From: Carcharhinus longimanus
Lineage: Eukaryota
Length of the DNA stretch: 64,000 nucleotides
Direction of reading: 5' to 3'
Assembly: GCA_030264375.1 (NCBI GenBank)
Contig: JASCQW010000122.1
Span: 27,164,859 to 27,228,858 of the forward strand
The first letter of the stretch is position 1; each line of letters opens with the position of its first letter. Position numbers and translations under genes: made by a program. Below, in pieces: positions 39,128 through 51,329 of the stretch. The notes beneath the pieces are model-generated. The model was given only the letters and a program-made list of their open reading frames with translations. It made no database searches and was not told the DNA's origin.

Positions 39128-40354
39128 ATCTACATTTAAAGGATTAAGTAGCAGTTTCAAGAATTCCTAGCTCTGTAATTGTAATGATCATTTCCTAATG
39201 CACACTGCCAAAGCATAAGCATATTTTGCACAAACATCTCTTCATTTCATTATCAGTTTGCACTGAAGAATCTTAAATAAAGCTAAGAGTTCATGTATTG
39301 TTTTTGGTTTGTTCTTTATTAATTATTAACTCCCTGCATTACATTTTTTCCAATGTAGTTAATCTTTCTCTTTTAATCCTTGTATATGTACAATACATAC
39401 CATGATGCCCCTTCAGCAAAATTCACATTTTACGGGTTGTTTCCAGTCTCCCTTCAGGACATTTAGGATTAGCTAGCACAATGAATATCTCTCCATTTGA
39501 CATCATGATTGTTGTATTTTTACCCTTATTTTGTTATCCACCTTATTATAGTGAGCTACCACTTTGCAGCTTTCTCTTAGAGTGAAAGGTATATTAATGT
39601 ATTGCTTCAACTCTTCTGATGTGGACTACAGGATAAAACGCTGCTGAGATTCAACTACCAAAATTAGGCATCTATCGAAAAACAAGATGAGTACTGACAA
39701 AATTAATTAGATATAAACTTAGCTAATCGACCACTCAGAAAGTATGCATTCATTTGAATTGCTATTGCCCCCAAAAATTCTGGAAACATTGCTTTCCACA
39801 ATAACATTTTCTTAAGCCAAAGCATAAACAAATTGCATGATGCTTCCTTCTAGCCACTGATATTTTTGTGTCTTTTTATTTCAAAGTGTAGAGACCACAT
39901 GTGCAGTGACCAGAGGGAGTAATCAGCTGCTAGATTCTTCTAGGCAGTATTGCTGCTGCACAAAAGACTTCAATTCAAATAATCAGCTTGATGACCTATC
40001 CCAGAGAATCCATTACACTGCTCTCTCTCCCCTGCTATATCATTAACAGTTGGCTACAAATTTTGAATTAAATGTAGAAAAGCATTCGCCACAGTTTGCA
40101 CTAAAAATAACAGCATTCACTGTTATTGGGGAGAAAATTGGACAGCAACTTCCAGTGTTCTCACATGCACAATTAAACATGGAAATCAGAAAGTTCCTGT
40201 CTAACATCCCCTGCTCCTTACAAGCTTTGCCACGCTGGTACCTCGCCGACAGATTTGAACATTGAAATACATGTAACAACATGAAGTTGCTGTAATTACC
40301 TAAGAGTTACCAACTAAACATTTCAGAAAAGTAGGGTTTGTGCATTGTGCCTAC

Positions 40355-40525
40355 TTGTGATTCCTCTGGGTGCTTTGGTTTCCCCCACAGTTCAAAGATG
40401 TGCAGGTTAGGTGGTTCGACCATGGTAAATGCGTGGGGTTATGGGGATAGCGTAGGGAGGTGGGCAGGATAAGATGTTCTGCCGGAGAGTTGATGCAGAT
40501 GTGATGGGCTGTATGGATTCTATGT
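40355..40525 (+). mobile_element. 5'-truncated HE1/V-SINE-like SINE
   Basis: ggtttcccccacagttcaaagatgtgcaggttaggtgg core and tail. Confidence 0.75.
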
Positions 40526-43033
40526 ATGAGTGGAAATTTTAATGCTGTGATAAAACTTAAATCGCTGCCAAACAATCCGCATTGAAATTTACTTCTACAA
40601 GTGTGAAATGTCATTCCTTCAGCTTTTAATTACTGTTAGATGTTTTTAAATATATATATATCTATATATTTCTCTCTCTCTTAAACTCATCTTTCTTTCC
40701 CTATCTTTGCTGTAGCTAATCTGAAGTGCATTAAATGCTCTACTTTAGACTCCGCAAACTTGATCTCAATTCTTTCAAAACCCACATTATAACAGTTGGT
40801 GAATGTAATTTTAAGTTTTAATTTTAAAATGTAATTTTAACTTGTCTTGAGTTAAAATCCAGCCAACCGTGTCTCAGTGGGGATTTTCCAATCTGACTGA
40901 CATGATGGGATGAAGTTTCTTGGCACATGTAGGTAAACTTGCCATCAGGAGGAGTTGGGAAAGCCATATTGCGTTAGTTCTCCATGTCTTCCCCTGCCAG
41001 GCAAATTCCCCAAAAGCAGCCAGAGAGAGTTCAGGGAGCAGAATTTCACTAACCAATGGCAGGTATTGATTGAAGTTGTTAAAAGGGTCATTAATGGCAA
41101 TTTCATGCAGCACTTTGAATTTTGTGGATGCCACACAAGTCCTTCACCAGATCGAATGAGGCAAGAACACAGCAGGAGTGATTGTTTGCCTGTAACTGAA
41201 CAGCGTTAAGCTGTGCAGATTTTCTGTGCAGCAAGGATCAGGGCTGCCACTGGAAGGGAATCTGCTTTAAATGCATTCCTCTGTCAAGGAACAGCTGCGG
41301 AGGCCAATAATTGTGTTGAGGGATTTAAAATACACTGGGACTAAAACACTAATAAAGATTATTAAACAGAGTGAATCAACTTAGGATGAGTCACCGACTT
41401 CCTTATACATATATTTAACAGAGGTACTGTCTGCATAGAAACACGTGTAACCACATGCATTTCTGAAAGTGTATTATTGAAAAAGCATGCATCTTGGCTA
41501 ATGGCACAGAGTTCTAAGGCATCATGGGAAGTTGTTAGGTAAAGTGGACCACATTCTTTGTAACAATACACTCAGAAATGTTGCTGTTATTGGCATGGGC
41601 TCTAGACAGTCCTCATGAATATAATATTTCATCAGCCAAGGACAAAGCCAATGATCCCAAACAGCTTAATGAATAAGCAAAGTATTAAGATAGTCTGGAG
41701 CAATCAACACGTGGCCATGGGAAAGACAGTCAGAAATCACTCCTAAGCACTGATTCCCATGGTGTCAGAGAATAAATGTAATTGGTCAAGGTATATGACA
41801 TTTACTAACAATGATTGACCTGTACTGATGGTGATTGGTTCATTTCTGACTGGGATGAGGCAGTGGGAATCAGAAATTATATAATTATATTGCCAATATG
41901 ATGTAACTTCAGAGAAGTGTTGGAACTTTTCTCAGCACTTTTCTTCCAGCGTATGTTGGTCAATAAAGAATGTCTTTCACAAGGATACTGTTATTGTGAG
42001 TCTTTGTATTAGCTAAAGTTTGGCTCAATTCTTAGCCCTAAAACCTCTACAAATTGGAAGGATTTCTTGCAGGAATCCTGTTGCAAGCCCAGGCAAGGCA
42101 AGGGAGTCAACACCCATTGAGAAGTGTTGGCTGCAAAAGGGAGAGTTGATACCCTGCACTCAAGAATTTGTCTTCCCCAAGCAAGAGGAAGGTGAATGAG
42201 AGGAATTTCAAAGTCATGTGGGAACAAACAATACTGGGCAAAAGAGTGCCAAGGGAATGATGCTATGCTGGCATGTATGGAGAGTGCATAGGGCACTAAA
42301 ACAGTCAAATGCCCAAAGCAGACACTACTCAGTATAATTTGACCTCAGTCAAAGGTTTGGGTTCATTCAACTGTTGGAGAACTAATCTCTCCAAAGACTG
42401 CCATCAAGACATGTGGTGACTAACCTGTGTGGCATGCTGGGAAAAATGTTGTGGCCACTGGGATAAGGTGACCATGGCTCTCAACCTTTTTGCTACAGGT
42501 CATTCTGGGGATTGTCTGGAAACATTTGTGGGATCTTGCTATCTATGGCCCATCCTAGCATAAGGTAGATGATGGATGTCTTGCTCACAAAAGCAGATGA
42601 ATATGTAAGATTCTGGACCCATAATACAAGTCATACTAACAGACCTGAGAACACCACGCTCGTATTTTAAGAAAGCAGATTTAGCTAAAGTTAATTGGTT
42701 AAACAAAGTTAAAAAGATAGAACAGTAGAGATACAACAGCAAATTGTTAAGGAGAAATTGAAGAACTCTCAGCAAAGGTTCCTCATGGTGAGAAAGAAAG
42801 ACACCAAGGCTGAATAAGTGAGTTAAGGATTACCAAATTGAAAGAAACACCGTACAAATCTACAACGTTTAGTGTTCGGTCATACAATAGGTCCAAATTT
42901 TAAGAACAGGAACAAGTGACTAAAAAAAAGGGGAGAAAGAAGCGTATGAGTGAAAGCTAGCTAGTTAGATAAAAGCAGATAGCAAGAGTTTCTACAAGGA
43001 CTTAAGTAGGAAGAGAGTGCTGGTCCTCTAGAG

Positions 43034-43523
43034 CAATGATTCCCAACCAGTGTGCCACAGTACTTGTCTGTTATGAAATCCCCTCAAGTGTGCCACAAAA
43101 AAAATTTTAAATGATTCAAAATTCATGTAATTAAACTAAAACTAACTTTTGTCTTCAGCTCTGTGGTTGGCATCTCCAAGACTTGACGAATCTTGAGCCT
43201 CCCACATATTCGCTAGCTAGGAAAGAGCAATATATGCGTGGTTTAGATTTTTTATGTTGGCCAGGCCCAAGTTCATGTCCAACAGGACTTGGAGCTGAAG
43301 ACAAAGGTCCCATGTGCCTGCAAGAAAAGCAAAAACTTTAAAAGAAGGCAAAAACCCTGGGAGAAGCTGGAGAGACAAGGAGAGATTAAAATAGAACAAG
43401 CGACAGGACAGAGAGAAGTTAAAATGAAGTTCCCATTCAGGGAAAAAGACAGAGAAACTAGAAGGTGTGCCTCCATTTTATATTTATGGTATGTCATGAC
43501 GAATAAAACGTTGGGAACCACTG
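43034..43523. mobile_element. hAT-Charlie-type MITE (490 bp)
   Basis: TIRs caatgattcccaac / gttgggaaccactg; 8-bp TSD ctctagag / ctttagag fitting the Charlie NTCTAGAN preference. Confidence 0.88.
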
Positions 43524-44450
43524 CTTTAGAGAGAGTGAGTCTGGGGGATTGATAATGGAAAACAGAAGAGTGGCAGAGGCATTGAACACATATTTTGTGT
43601 CTGTCCTCACCGTAGAAAACTTTGAAAATTTTCCAAAGATACTTGAAAATCAAGGGACGAACAGGAGGGAGGAACATAAACAATGACTATCTTAGAGAAA
43701 GGTGCTGGGAAAACTATTAGACCTAAATGCCAAGGAGTTCCCAGGACAAAAAGGCCTGCATCATAGGCTCTTAAAAAAAGCGGTTGCAGAGATGGTAGAT
43801 GTATTGACTACAATCATCTAAAATTCTTTAGATTCTGGAAGGGTCCCACTGAATTGGAAAAAGCAAATGTAATATATCTATTCAAGAAAGAAGGGAGAAG
43901 TCAAGAAATTACAAGCCAGTTAGTCCAACATCTGTCCTAATGAAATTGCTGGAATCCATTATTAAAGAAGGTTTTAGCAGGATACTTTGATCAGGCAGAG
44001 CCAACATGGGCTTGTCAAAAGGGAAATTATATTGTTTTTTTGAGAAAGTAACAAGTAAAATGAATAAAGGGAAACCTGTAGAAATGGTGTATTTGGATTT
44101 CCAGAAGGCATTTGATAAGGTACTACATCAAAAACTATTACACAAAATAGGATTACATGGTGTAGAGGGATATATTAACATGGATAAAGGATTGGTTAGT
44201 TAACAGAGCTTGGGAAGAAGGGGTATTTTTCAGGTTGGTAAGCTTTGACAAGTGGAGTGCTATAGTGATCTCAGTGCTGGGGCCTCGACTATTTACAATC
44301 TACATCTATGACTTGGATGAAGCGACTGAATGTATTGTAGCTAAATTTGCCGATGATACCAAGATAGGCAGGAAAGTAAGGTGTCAAGAGGAGATGGAAA
44401 GTCTGCAAATGGATGCAGACAGATTAAATGATTGGCAAAAAATTGGCAGC

Positions 44451-44879
44451 TGTTGAGGTGCATAAGAACTTCAGTACAGTACAACAGACACTTGAATAAA
44501 GTGCACACATGGTTTTTCATGTGGTCAAGAGAATTCTAGTTCTATAGTAACAAGAGCCACTTTTATGCTCAAAGATGACAAGAAGACACATACTCATTAT
44601 TTTGCACATACTCATTTACTTAGAAAAACTGCAGGCACCACTTCAACGGTTGTTCTTAACACCTGTAGCAGAATTTAGTTTATTTATGATAACTACTATC
44701 TACTACCTGAGCTGCATCATGCTGTGCTTGGCTACACACTTTGCAATTTCATTGTCTAGGTTACAATATTCCATCTTAGACTCATTTCTCAAGTACATAA
44801 TTTAACAATTTATGCTAAGCTTCCCAGTGTTCTCTGCATTTCTGTGTTAGTCTGTCTGACCCAAACGTGTGCCCTAACA
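44451..44879. mobile_element. Solo-LTR-like insertion within the CR1
   Basis: TGTT...AACA termini; the CR1 sequence (tggcag...gagtgtaatg) joins across it; no clean TSD. Confidence 0.5.
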
Positions 44880-45332
44880 GAGTGTAATGCAAGAAAACAT
44901 GGACTTGTTCATTTTGTCAGGAAGAATAGAAAAACTGTATACTATTTAAGTGGAGAGAGGTTGCAGAACTTGGTGGCACAGAAGGATTGAGGTGCCCTAG
45001 CACAGAAATCACAACATTTTAGTTTGCAGGTACAGTAAGCGACTAGGAAGGCAAATGGAATGTGGTCATTTATTATAAGTGGAATGGAATATAAAAACAG
45101 GGAAGTTTTTACTGCAGCTGTACAGGGCACTGGTGAAGCCAAATCTGGCGTATTGTATACAGTTTTGGTCTTATTTGAAAAAAAGATATAATTGAATTGG
45201 GAGCAGTTCAGAGAACATTCATTGGACTTACACCTGGGACGAAAGGCTTATCTTAAGAAGAAAGTTTGAACATGTTGGGTCTATATCCATTGAAGTTTTG
45301 AAGAATGAGAGGTGATCGTATTAAAACACAAG

Positions 45333-45786
45333 GGGTGGAATTTTCCATTACCACCCCCATGGGAATAGTAGTGGGCAGGACATGGAAATTATTGAAACCC
45401 TACAGTGTAGAAAGAGGCCATTTGGCCCATCGAGTCTGCACCAACCACAATCCCATCCAGGCCCTACCCCCATATCCTACACATTTACCTGCTAATCCCT
45501 CTAACCTACGCATCTCAGGACAATTTTAGCATGGCCAATGAACCTAACCTGCACATCTTTAGACTGTGGGAGGAAACTGGAGCACCTAGAGAAAACCCAC
45601 GCAGACACAAGGAGAATGTGCAAACTCCACACAGACAGTGACCCAAGCCAGGAATCGAACCCAGGTCCTGGAGCTGTGAAGCAGCAGTGCTAACCAGTGT
45701 GCTACCATGCCGCCCAATGGACCATGTGAAGGTCCGTTGTCCTCATTTTCTGACATTGGGGCAAGCACATCCAGGAAATCCCGCCC
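45333..45786. mobile_element. Harbinger/PIF-like MITE carrying a nested SINE
   Basis: TIRs gggtggaattttcc / ggaaatcccgccc; 3-bp TSD aag/aag. Confidence 0.7.
45395..45715 (-). mobile_element. HE1/V-SINE-like SINE, full length
   Basis: gggcggcatggtagcacactggttagcac head and ggttcgattcc B box on the minus strand. Confidence 0.88.
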
Positions 45787-46195
45787 AAGATGTCTATGAC
45801 ACAAGATTCTCTGGCTCGAAGATGGTAAGTGGATTTGATAGGGTAGATAGGGAGGATAATTCCAGTTGTATGAGAGGCTAAAGCCAGGGGGCAGGGGATC
45901 TACTGTTGACAGAAATGAAGAGATTTTTCCTCTCAAAGGGACATTAGTCCCCAAAAAGCAGTGGAGAGTAAGGATCATTGAATTTTCNNNNNNNNNNNNN
46001 NNNNNNNNNNNNNNNNNNNNNNNNNNNNNNNNNNNNNNNNNNNNNNNNNNNNNNNNNNNNNNNNNNNNNNNNNNNNNNNNNNNNNNNNNNNNNNNNNNNN
46101 NNNNNNNNNNNNNNNNNNNNNNNNNNNNNNNNNNNNNNNNNNNNNNNNNNNNNNNNNNNNNNNNNNNNNNNNNNNNNNNNNNNNNNNNNNNNNNN

Positions 46196-46620
46196 AGATG
46201 ATTGAGTGCATGAATGTGACTATCAAGGCTCTCTCAGAACAACCAGTTGCTCTCATTAGCAGGAAAGAGTTTCACTTCCTCTATGTGTTGATCATGTGCA
46301 AAAGGATCCTGCAGTGTGTGCTAGGCTCCAGAAAGCTGTCATGACTCTTTAATTGGGGCAATCCTAGATGCTTCAATTGTTCCCTGCATCAGAAAGCCTT
46401 TGTGGTTCGATCCTGGGTGACAAGGCATATCCACTGAGGCTGTAGCTGCTCCCACCAATGGAAAGAAACATGCAACCTCAGCCATCTAAGTGCTAGGGTG
46501 ATCATTGAGCAGTCTGAAAATGTGCATCAGATGTTTCACCCGCTCTGGGGAAAACTACCCAATATGGCTCCGTAAGTGGCTCCTGTAGCATGGTGATATG
46601 TTGTGCCACAATCTGACATG
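46196..46620 (+). pseudogene. Decayed PIF/Harbinger (HARBI1-like) transposase fragment
   Basis: Degenerate IE/DC.NV.IKA...RK.FH.L, CHD and LGDKAYPLR motifs, then RVIIEQ; frameshifts present. Confidence 0.7.
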
Positions 46621-47639
46621 CCAAGGAGGAGTTGAACTGATTCTCTTTAACGTGCTACCTTCTCTGCTGGGAAGGATGAAGGGCAAGCACTGTTTGAATC
46701 TGAGAAAATGACCATGCATAGGATGTGTCAATGGTTGTTGTCATTTACATATACACAAGGGAAACTTGTAACATACATGAAACTCTAAATCTTATACAAT
46801 GAGGTTTTTACATATTCACTTCTGGGTGCTTGTTCATTGTGCTGCTACTGTGGCTGGAGCTGATATGGGCCAGAATATCGAACTTGCTGCTGCAATGCAT
46901 TAGGTACCCTTGAAAGATGACCTTTGGATTGCGGAGCCCTTGAGGGCCTCTGCATAAACTGGGCCACTTGAAATGTGTACGGGCACCTTGTCATCGGAGT
47001 TGGATATAGTGCCCTTTCTCTGTCAGAGAGGCCAAGGGGCCGCTATCATAAAATTGGTTTTAAAACTAGCCCTTTTTGAGACTGTTCCGGAATAGACACA
47101 TTCCTTGGATGATCGTTCTCACTTAAGGTTGAGAAAGACAGACCTCACAAATACTTAAATGGTTCTAAAGAACTGAACTCACTCTCCCTGAAGGAGTTAC
47201 CAGAGAATAGGACCATCCTCCAGATAGCCTTTATAATAAGTTTTCACCCAATTATAACAACCTGGATTTAATAAGAGTACAGGCATCACTCCTCAGTAAT
47301 GTATCTCTCCACTGACAAGTGTACGGCAGTAATGAGCAACCCAGGCCAGTGAATGATCTGCATGAGTGGCCCTTCATCAACTCTGTGGGCTGTGTAAGTG
47401 AAATTGTCATTTGTATTTAACATGGCCCCATGAATAAGATTAAACACATGCCAAATATTTCATAACCAGTTACTGGACATGCTTAAATAAACATTCATGT
47501 ATTAAACAGAACAGTCAACAACTTCAAATTGCAAAAACAAGTGTAATATTCATACTTACATTATTAATGTGACTTTTTGTTGGGTCTGCCCTCCACAAGT
47601 TTTCTTAGGTTAGGACTCAGTGGTGTGCAGACACTTCAC

Positions 47640-49380
47640 AATTCAGCACTAAAGTTTCCATCTGTCAGTCTGTTGCACTTGCTTTGGATGTGACCCATCA
47701 ATATGTTGATACAAACACTGATACCAACTTTGCAATGCCATGCCAGAGAACTGGACTGGAGTAACTCAAACAAAATTCTCACATACTTTATGAAGTAATT
47801 CCTCTTCAACCTTTGACATACTGAGCCACATTTGCTTAGATCAAATTCAAATGGATTTGAGAGCAATGAGGGAAAAGGTTTCAGATCACCCCAGGAAGAA
47901 AAGTGGCTCTGAAATCATTCTGCCAGTGTAGACTGCACTTGTATGTGCACTGATGGATATGTATTTCCTTGATCAGAGTGTTTTTTCAGATTTAGAAAGC
48001 GTAGTCACTTGAAAGTAACGGAGTGGACATTGACTGCAGGTGCACAATCAAATTTCTTATGTTCTTACCTAATATGTTCAAGAGGTGCTTTCTCCCTGTA
48101 ATAACTTGTCCAATAAGTTCAGGTAACCAGTGATGTTGGTGAGAAAAGTCACATCCAAAACCCAGCTTTCATCTTCTAACTCTGGGTACATTTGAGATAT
48201 CAGTGCAAGAAACTTCTGGATTTCTGATAGAAATAGTCCAATATTTTAACACGGCTTAGCCAGCATACTTCACTATGCATGACAAGATCTCCAGATTTTG
48301 TTTCAATTTTGATCCACAAGTTCCACATACTGACGGTGATGTATGGGGTGAGCACCTATAAAGTTAGTAATCTGTATCACTTTGTCCATTACAACTTTAG
48401 GCCTGTCTCCCTGGTCAGGTTTAACACAAAGTACTAGGTGTATTACATAATACACAGCAAATATGTTAGGTACACAAACTTTCTAAAACTACAAATCCAT
48501 GGTGTATTCCTGATCTGAAGAGGCACCCATCTGTTATAACTGATACAATATTTCCAAAGATCACTTGTGTTCTTTAAAATAATCAGTAAATGCCTCGAAA
48601 AAGAACAGGCCCTGCACACACCCATTTATTACCAAGAGATCTAAAAATTCTTCTGTCACATTCAAATCATTGTCAGCACAAAAAACCCACATGCAGAANN
48701 NNNNNNNNNNNNNNNNNNNNNNNNNNNNNNNNNNNNNNNNNNNNNNNNNNNNNNNNNNNNNNNNNNNNNNNNNNNNNNNNNNNNNNNNNNNNNNNNNNAA
48801 AAACCCACATGCAGAACTGAGCAGTGTCATTAATATCTTTGCATTTGTCCAGTGCTACATTGTTAGCCTCATTTGAAGTTACAGATTGGAAAAACTGTTT
48901 TGCCAGTTCGGCAGCCATTTATTGCACTCTGCGACTCATAGTACTCCCACTGAGTTGCAGACATTTAACACATTTGATAATTTCCTTTTGGTTTTTAAAC
49001 TCAGCACATTAAACATCTGCAGATTTGATGATGCATTCTTTCACCAATGCACCGTCTGAGAATGGCTTTCCATTTATTATCAAGCAATTTGAAAGCTAGC
49101 CAAAATCATTTCATATTTGTCAAATTACCAGCCTCTGTGTTTTCATGGCTTCCTTCAGATTGAAAAGCATGCTGGGCAGAATGGACAGGAATCTTGACCT
49201 GTGAGAGGGATGTAATGTTCCATAATGCCTCTTAACATTGTATTTTTTTTTGGAACTGCTATCACCTCATTGCAAATTAAGTTCAAAGGTCTCCCTTTCC
49301 ATTTAACAACAGAATAATCCAGTTCCCACTCTCTTTCTACCCTCAATCGCCCATTTTTCTCTTTCTGGCCACTTCTTTTT
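47640..49380 (-). pseudogene. Decayed hAT (Charlie/SPIN, GTF2IRD2-like) transposase
   Basis: Minus strand: VALDKCKDINDTAQ (cf. ALDESTD..DTAQL), TDG-like motif at ~48530, VCWLSR at ~48260, SVFVSTY and SK.NRLTD C-terminal dimerisation motifs; many stops. Confidence 0.78.
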
Positions 49381-50574
49381 CGTCTGCATTTTTTGATTTT
49401 GCACTCGATTCTCTCTCCTCCCTACACCACTTCAACAAAAAAAAGATCCGTTAGGCAGGAGCAAAACAGATAACATGGGGTCATGGCCAGTCTTTGTGTA
49501 AGGGTCAGTCATGTTGCTGCTCATGATATACAAGTGGGCCTGCCATCCTGCCAGCATGCATTCCATTCACCTTGTCAGCCCTCACTGTGTTATTGAAACA
49601 TTTCTGCCATTGCAGTCGGGTTTGTCCAACAATCCATATCTTTGCTCAATCCAGCCAGAACTTTTTTGTGAGGCTCTTGGCCTTCTCCGTTTATCCTCTG
49701 GAAATAATACCTCTTTTTCCTCACTGTGACCCTTCCACTTCAGCCATCCCTGCACCCCTTCTGTAGCCTGTCCTACATGCAGCCAGTTTGAAGTTTGCAG
49801 AATGATCTGTAAAGATGGTACCCTCAAGCTCACTGATAGCACTAACCTCCATCCACCACCTCTTGGTCTGCTCCCCCAAAGGGCTTCTGTTACTTGGCTG
49901 CATTGTGCAAAGTTACCTTCAGAAGCACCACCATTAATACCTCCGGAAAAGAACTTGGCACTAACCAATCACAAAGTCTAACCCACTACAGCTGATCCTG
50001 CTTATACATTCTACTGACGGTGCCACAATGAAAAGGCTCTCTAATGCAGAGCAAGCTGCTGCTCAAATCCTCAGGAAGTTTGTGGCAGTTATAATGTAAT
50101 GAAAGGCAAGCACCATTCTTTCTCAATGACAGCAAAACCTGGACCTTGGCACACAAGGCAGTACAGTACAGCCACGCACTATTCTTTCACCTCTGGGAAT
50201 TTGTTCGAATTCAATCTGGGATGAATTAATTTCCAGGCTGGTTTTGAGGTTGTTATGCGAAGTAATTTTAGGTAGTCTCAAACAAGAACTAGATGCAAAC
50301 TTGTCTTGATTTGATGCCAAGTTAGATAACTTACTCGAAGGTGACTGGAATGTTATAGAGAGCGGTAGAAATGTTCACCAATGGTTGGTTTTAGACCTGT
50401 TAGACAACATGGGTATTATTTTAAATTTGGAAAATAACATCAGATGAGATCTAAAAAGGGGCTGGTTAATCAAATTCCCCATCAGGTTAAAATTAACCAC
50501 ATAGGTTGAGCTTTACTGCACAAAATTCTACCCTGGGAAGGTTTGCTTTATATGCTCTGTCTGAGGCCAGAACT

Positions 50575-50670
50575 CTCCATTCACCTGACGAAGAGGGAAA
50601 CCTCGAAAGCTTGTGAGTATTATCAAATAAATCGGTTGGACTAAAACCTGGTGTTGTCAGACTTTTTACA
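50575..50670 (+). mobile_element. Penelope-like terminal-repeat fragment
   Basis: Hammerhead-like core followed by aaataaa..gttggactaaaacctggtgttgt. Confidence 0.55.
50581..50616 (+). ncRNA. Minimal type I hammerhead ribozyme motif
   Basis: Stem I tcac/gtga; CUGACGA; extra A; stem II GAGG-GAAA-CCUC; GAAA; palindromic AAGCUU in place of stem III. Confidence 0.6.
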
Positions 50671-51329
50671 AGGTTTGTGGATGACAGACAATGGTGAAAA
50701 TAGGAATTTGCTTCCCTTCATGGAGCACAAAAAATGGTTATTTCATCTTTCTAAGGAAGGGATATTCAAGGATATGTTCTGATGCCTAAATTGTAGTATT
50801 TTTCCTGTTGCAGGAAATAATATGGCAAGAAAATTTTTTCAAACACATGATTTTGGGTGAGCAGATTGTAAAAGTGAATATTGAGTCAACACTAGTAGAT
50901 GTATTTTTTGCTGCCAAAGTAAATAATTTGGACATTTGATATTGAATTTGCAAGGTGTATAGCATTGGAAGTTGCTAAATTTTAGTAAAATAAGGTGGAA
51001 TATTGAGGAAAATTTCTCATAGTAATCCTACTGAAGTGAGTGAATCACATAATCTTTCCAAATTACTCCAGCCAAGTCAATTATAATAACAAATAATAAA
51101 ATATTTAGTAATGACCAAGAAGCAAACATATGTTCATTTTGAAATTGGGCACTTTTGTTTGATACAGTAATGCTACTTACAACACACCAATGACCAAGTA
51201 CATTGCTATTTTACTTCTATTTTTAAATTAAAATATTGCAATACAGGTTACAACAAATCAGAATTCATCAAATCAAGTATCCTGTAATTTATTGATATAT
51301 TTTGAAAGAACTGACAAATACTTTTATAT

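Larger units (their letters stand above)
42610..45987 (+). mobile_element. Degenerate CR1 LINE ORF2 interrupted by several younger insertions
   Basis: VYLDFQKAFDKVLHQKLLHKI, SVLGPRLFTIYIYDLDE, AKFADDTKIG; continues to MRGD.I at 45305 and resumes after 45787. Confidence 0.9.

Noticed and set aside
48680-48817. Direct repeat aaaaacccacatgcagaa resembling a TSD
   Set aside because: It flanks a 100-N gap inside the hAT fossil; contig overlap artefact
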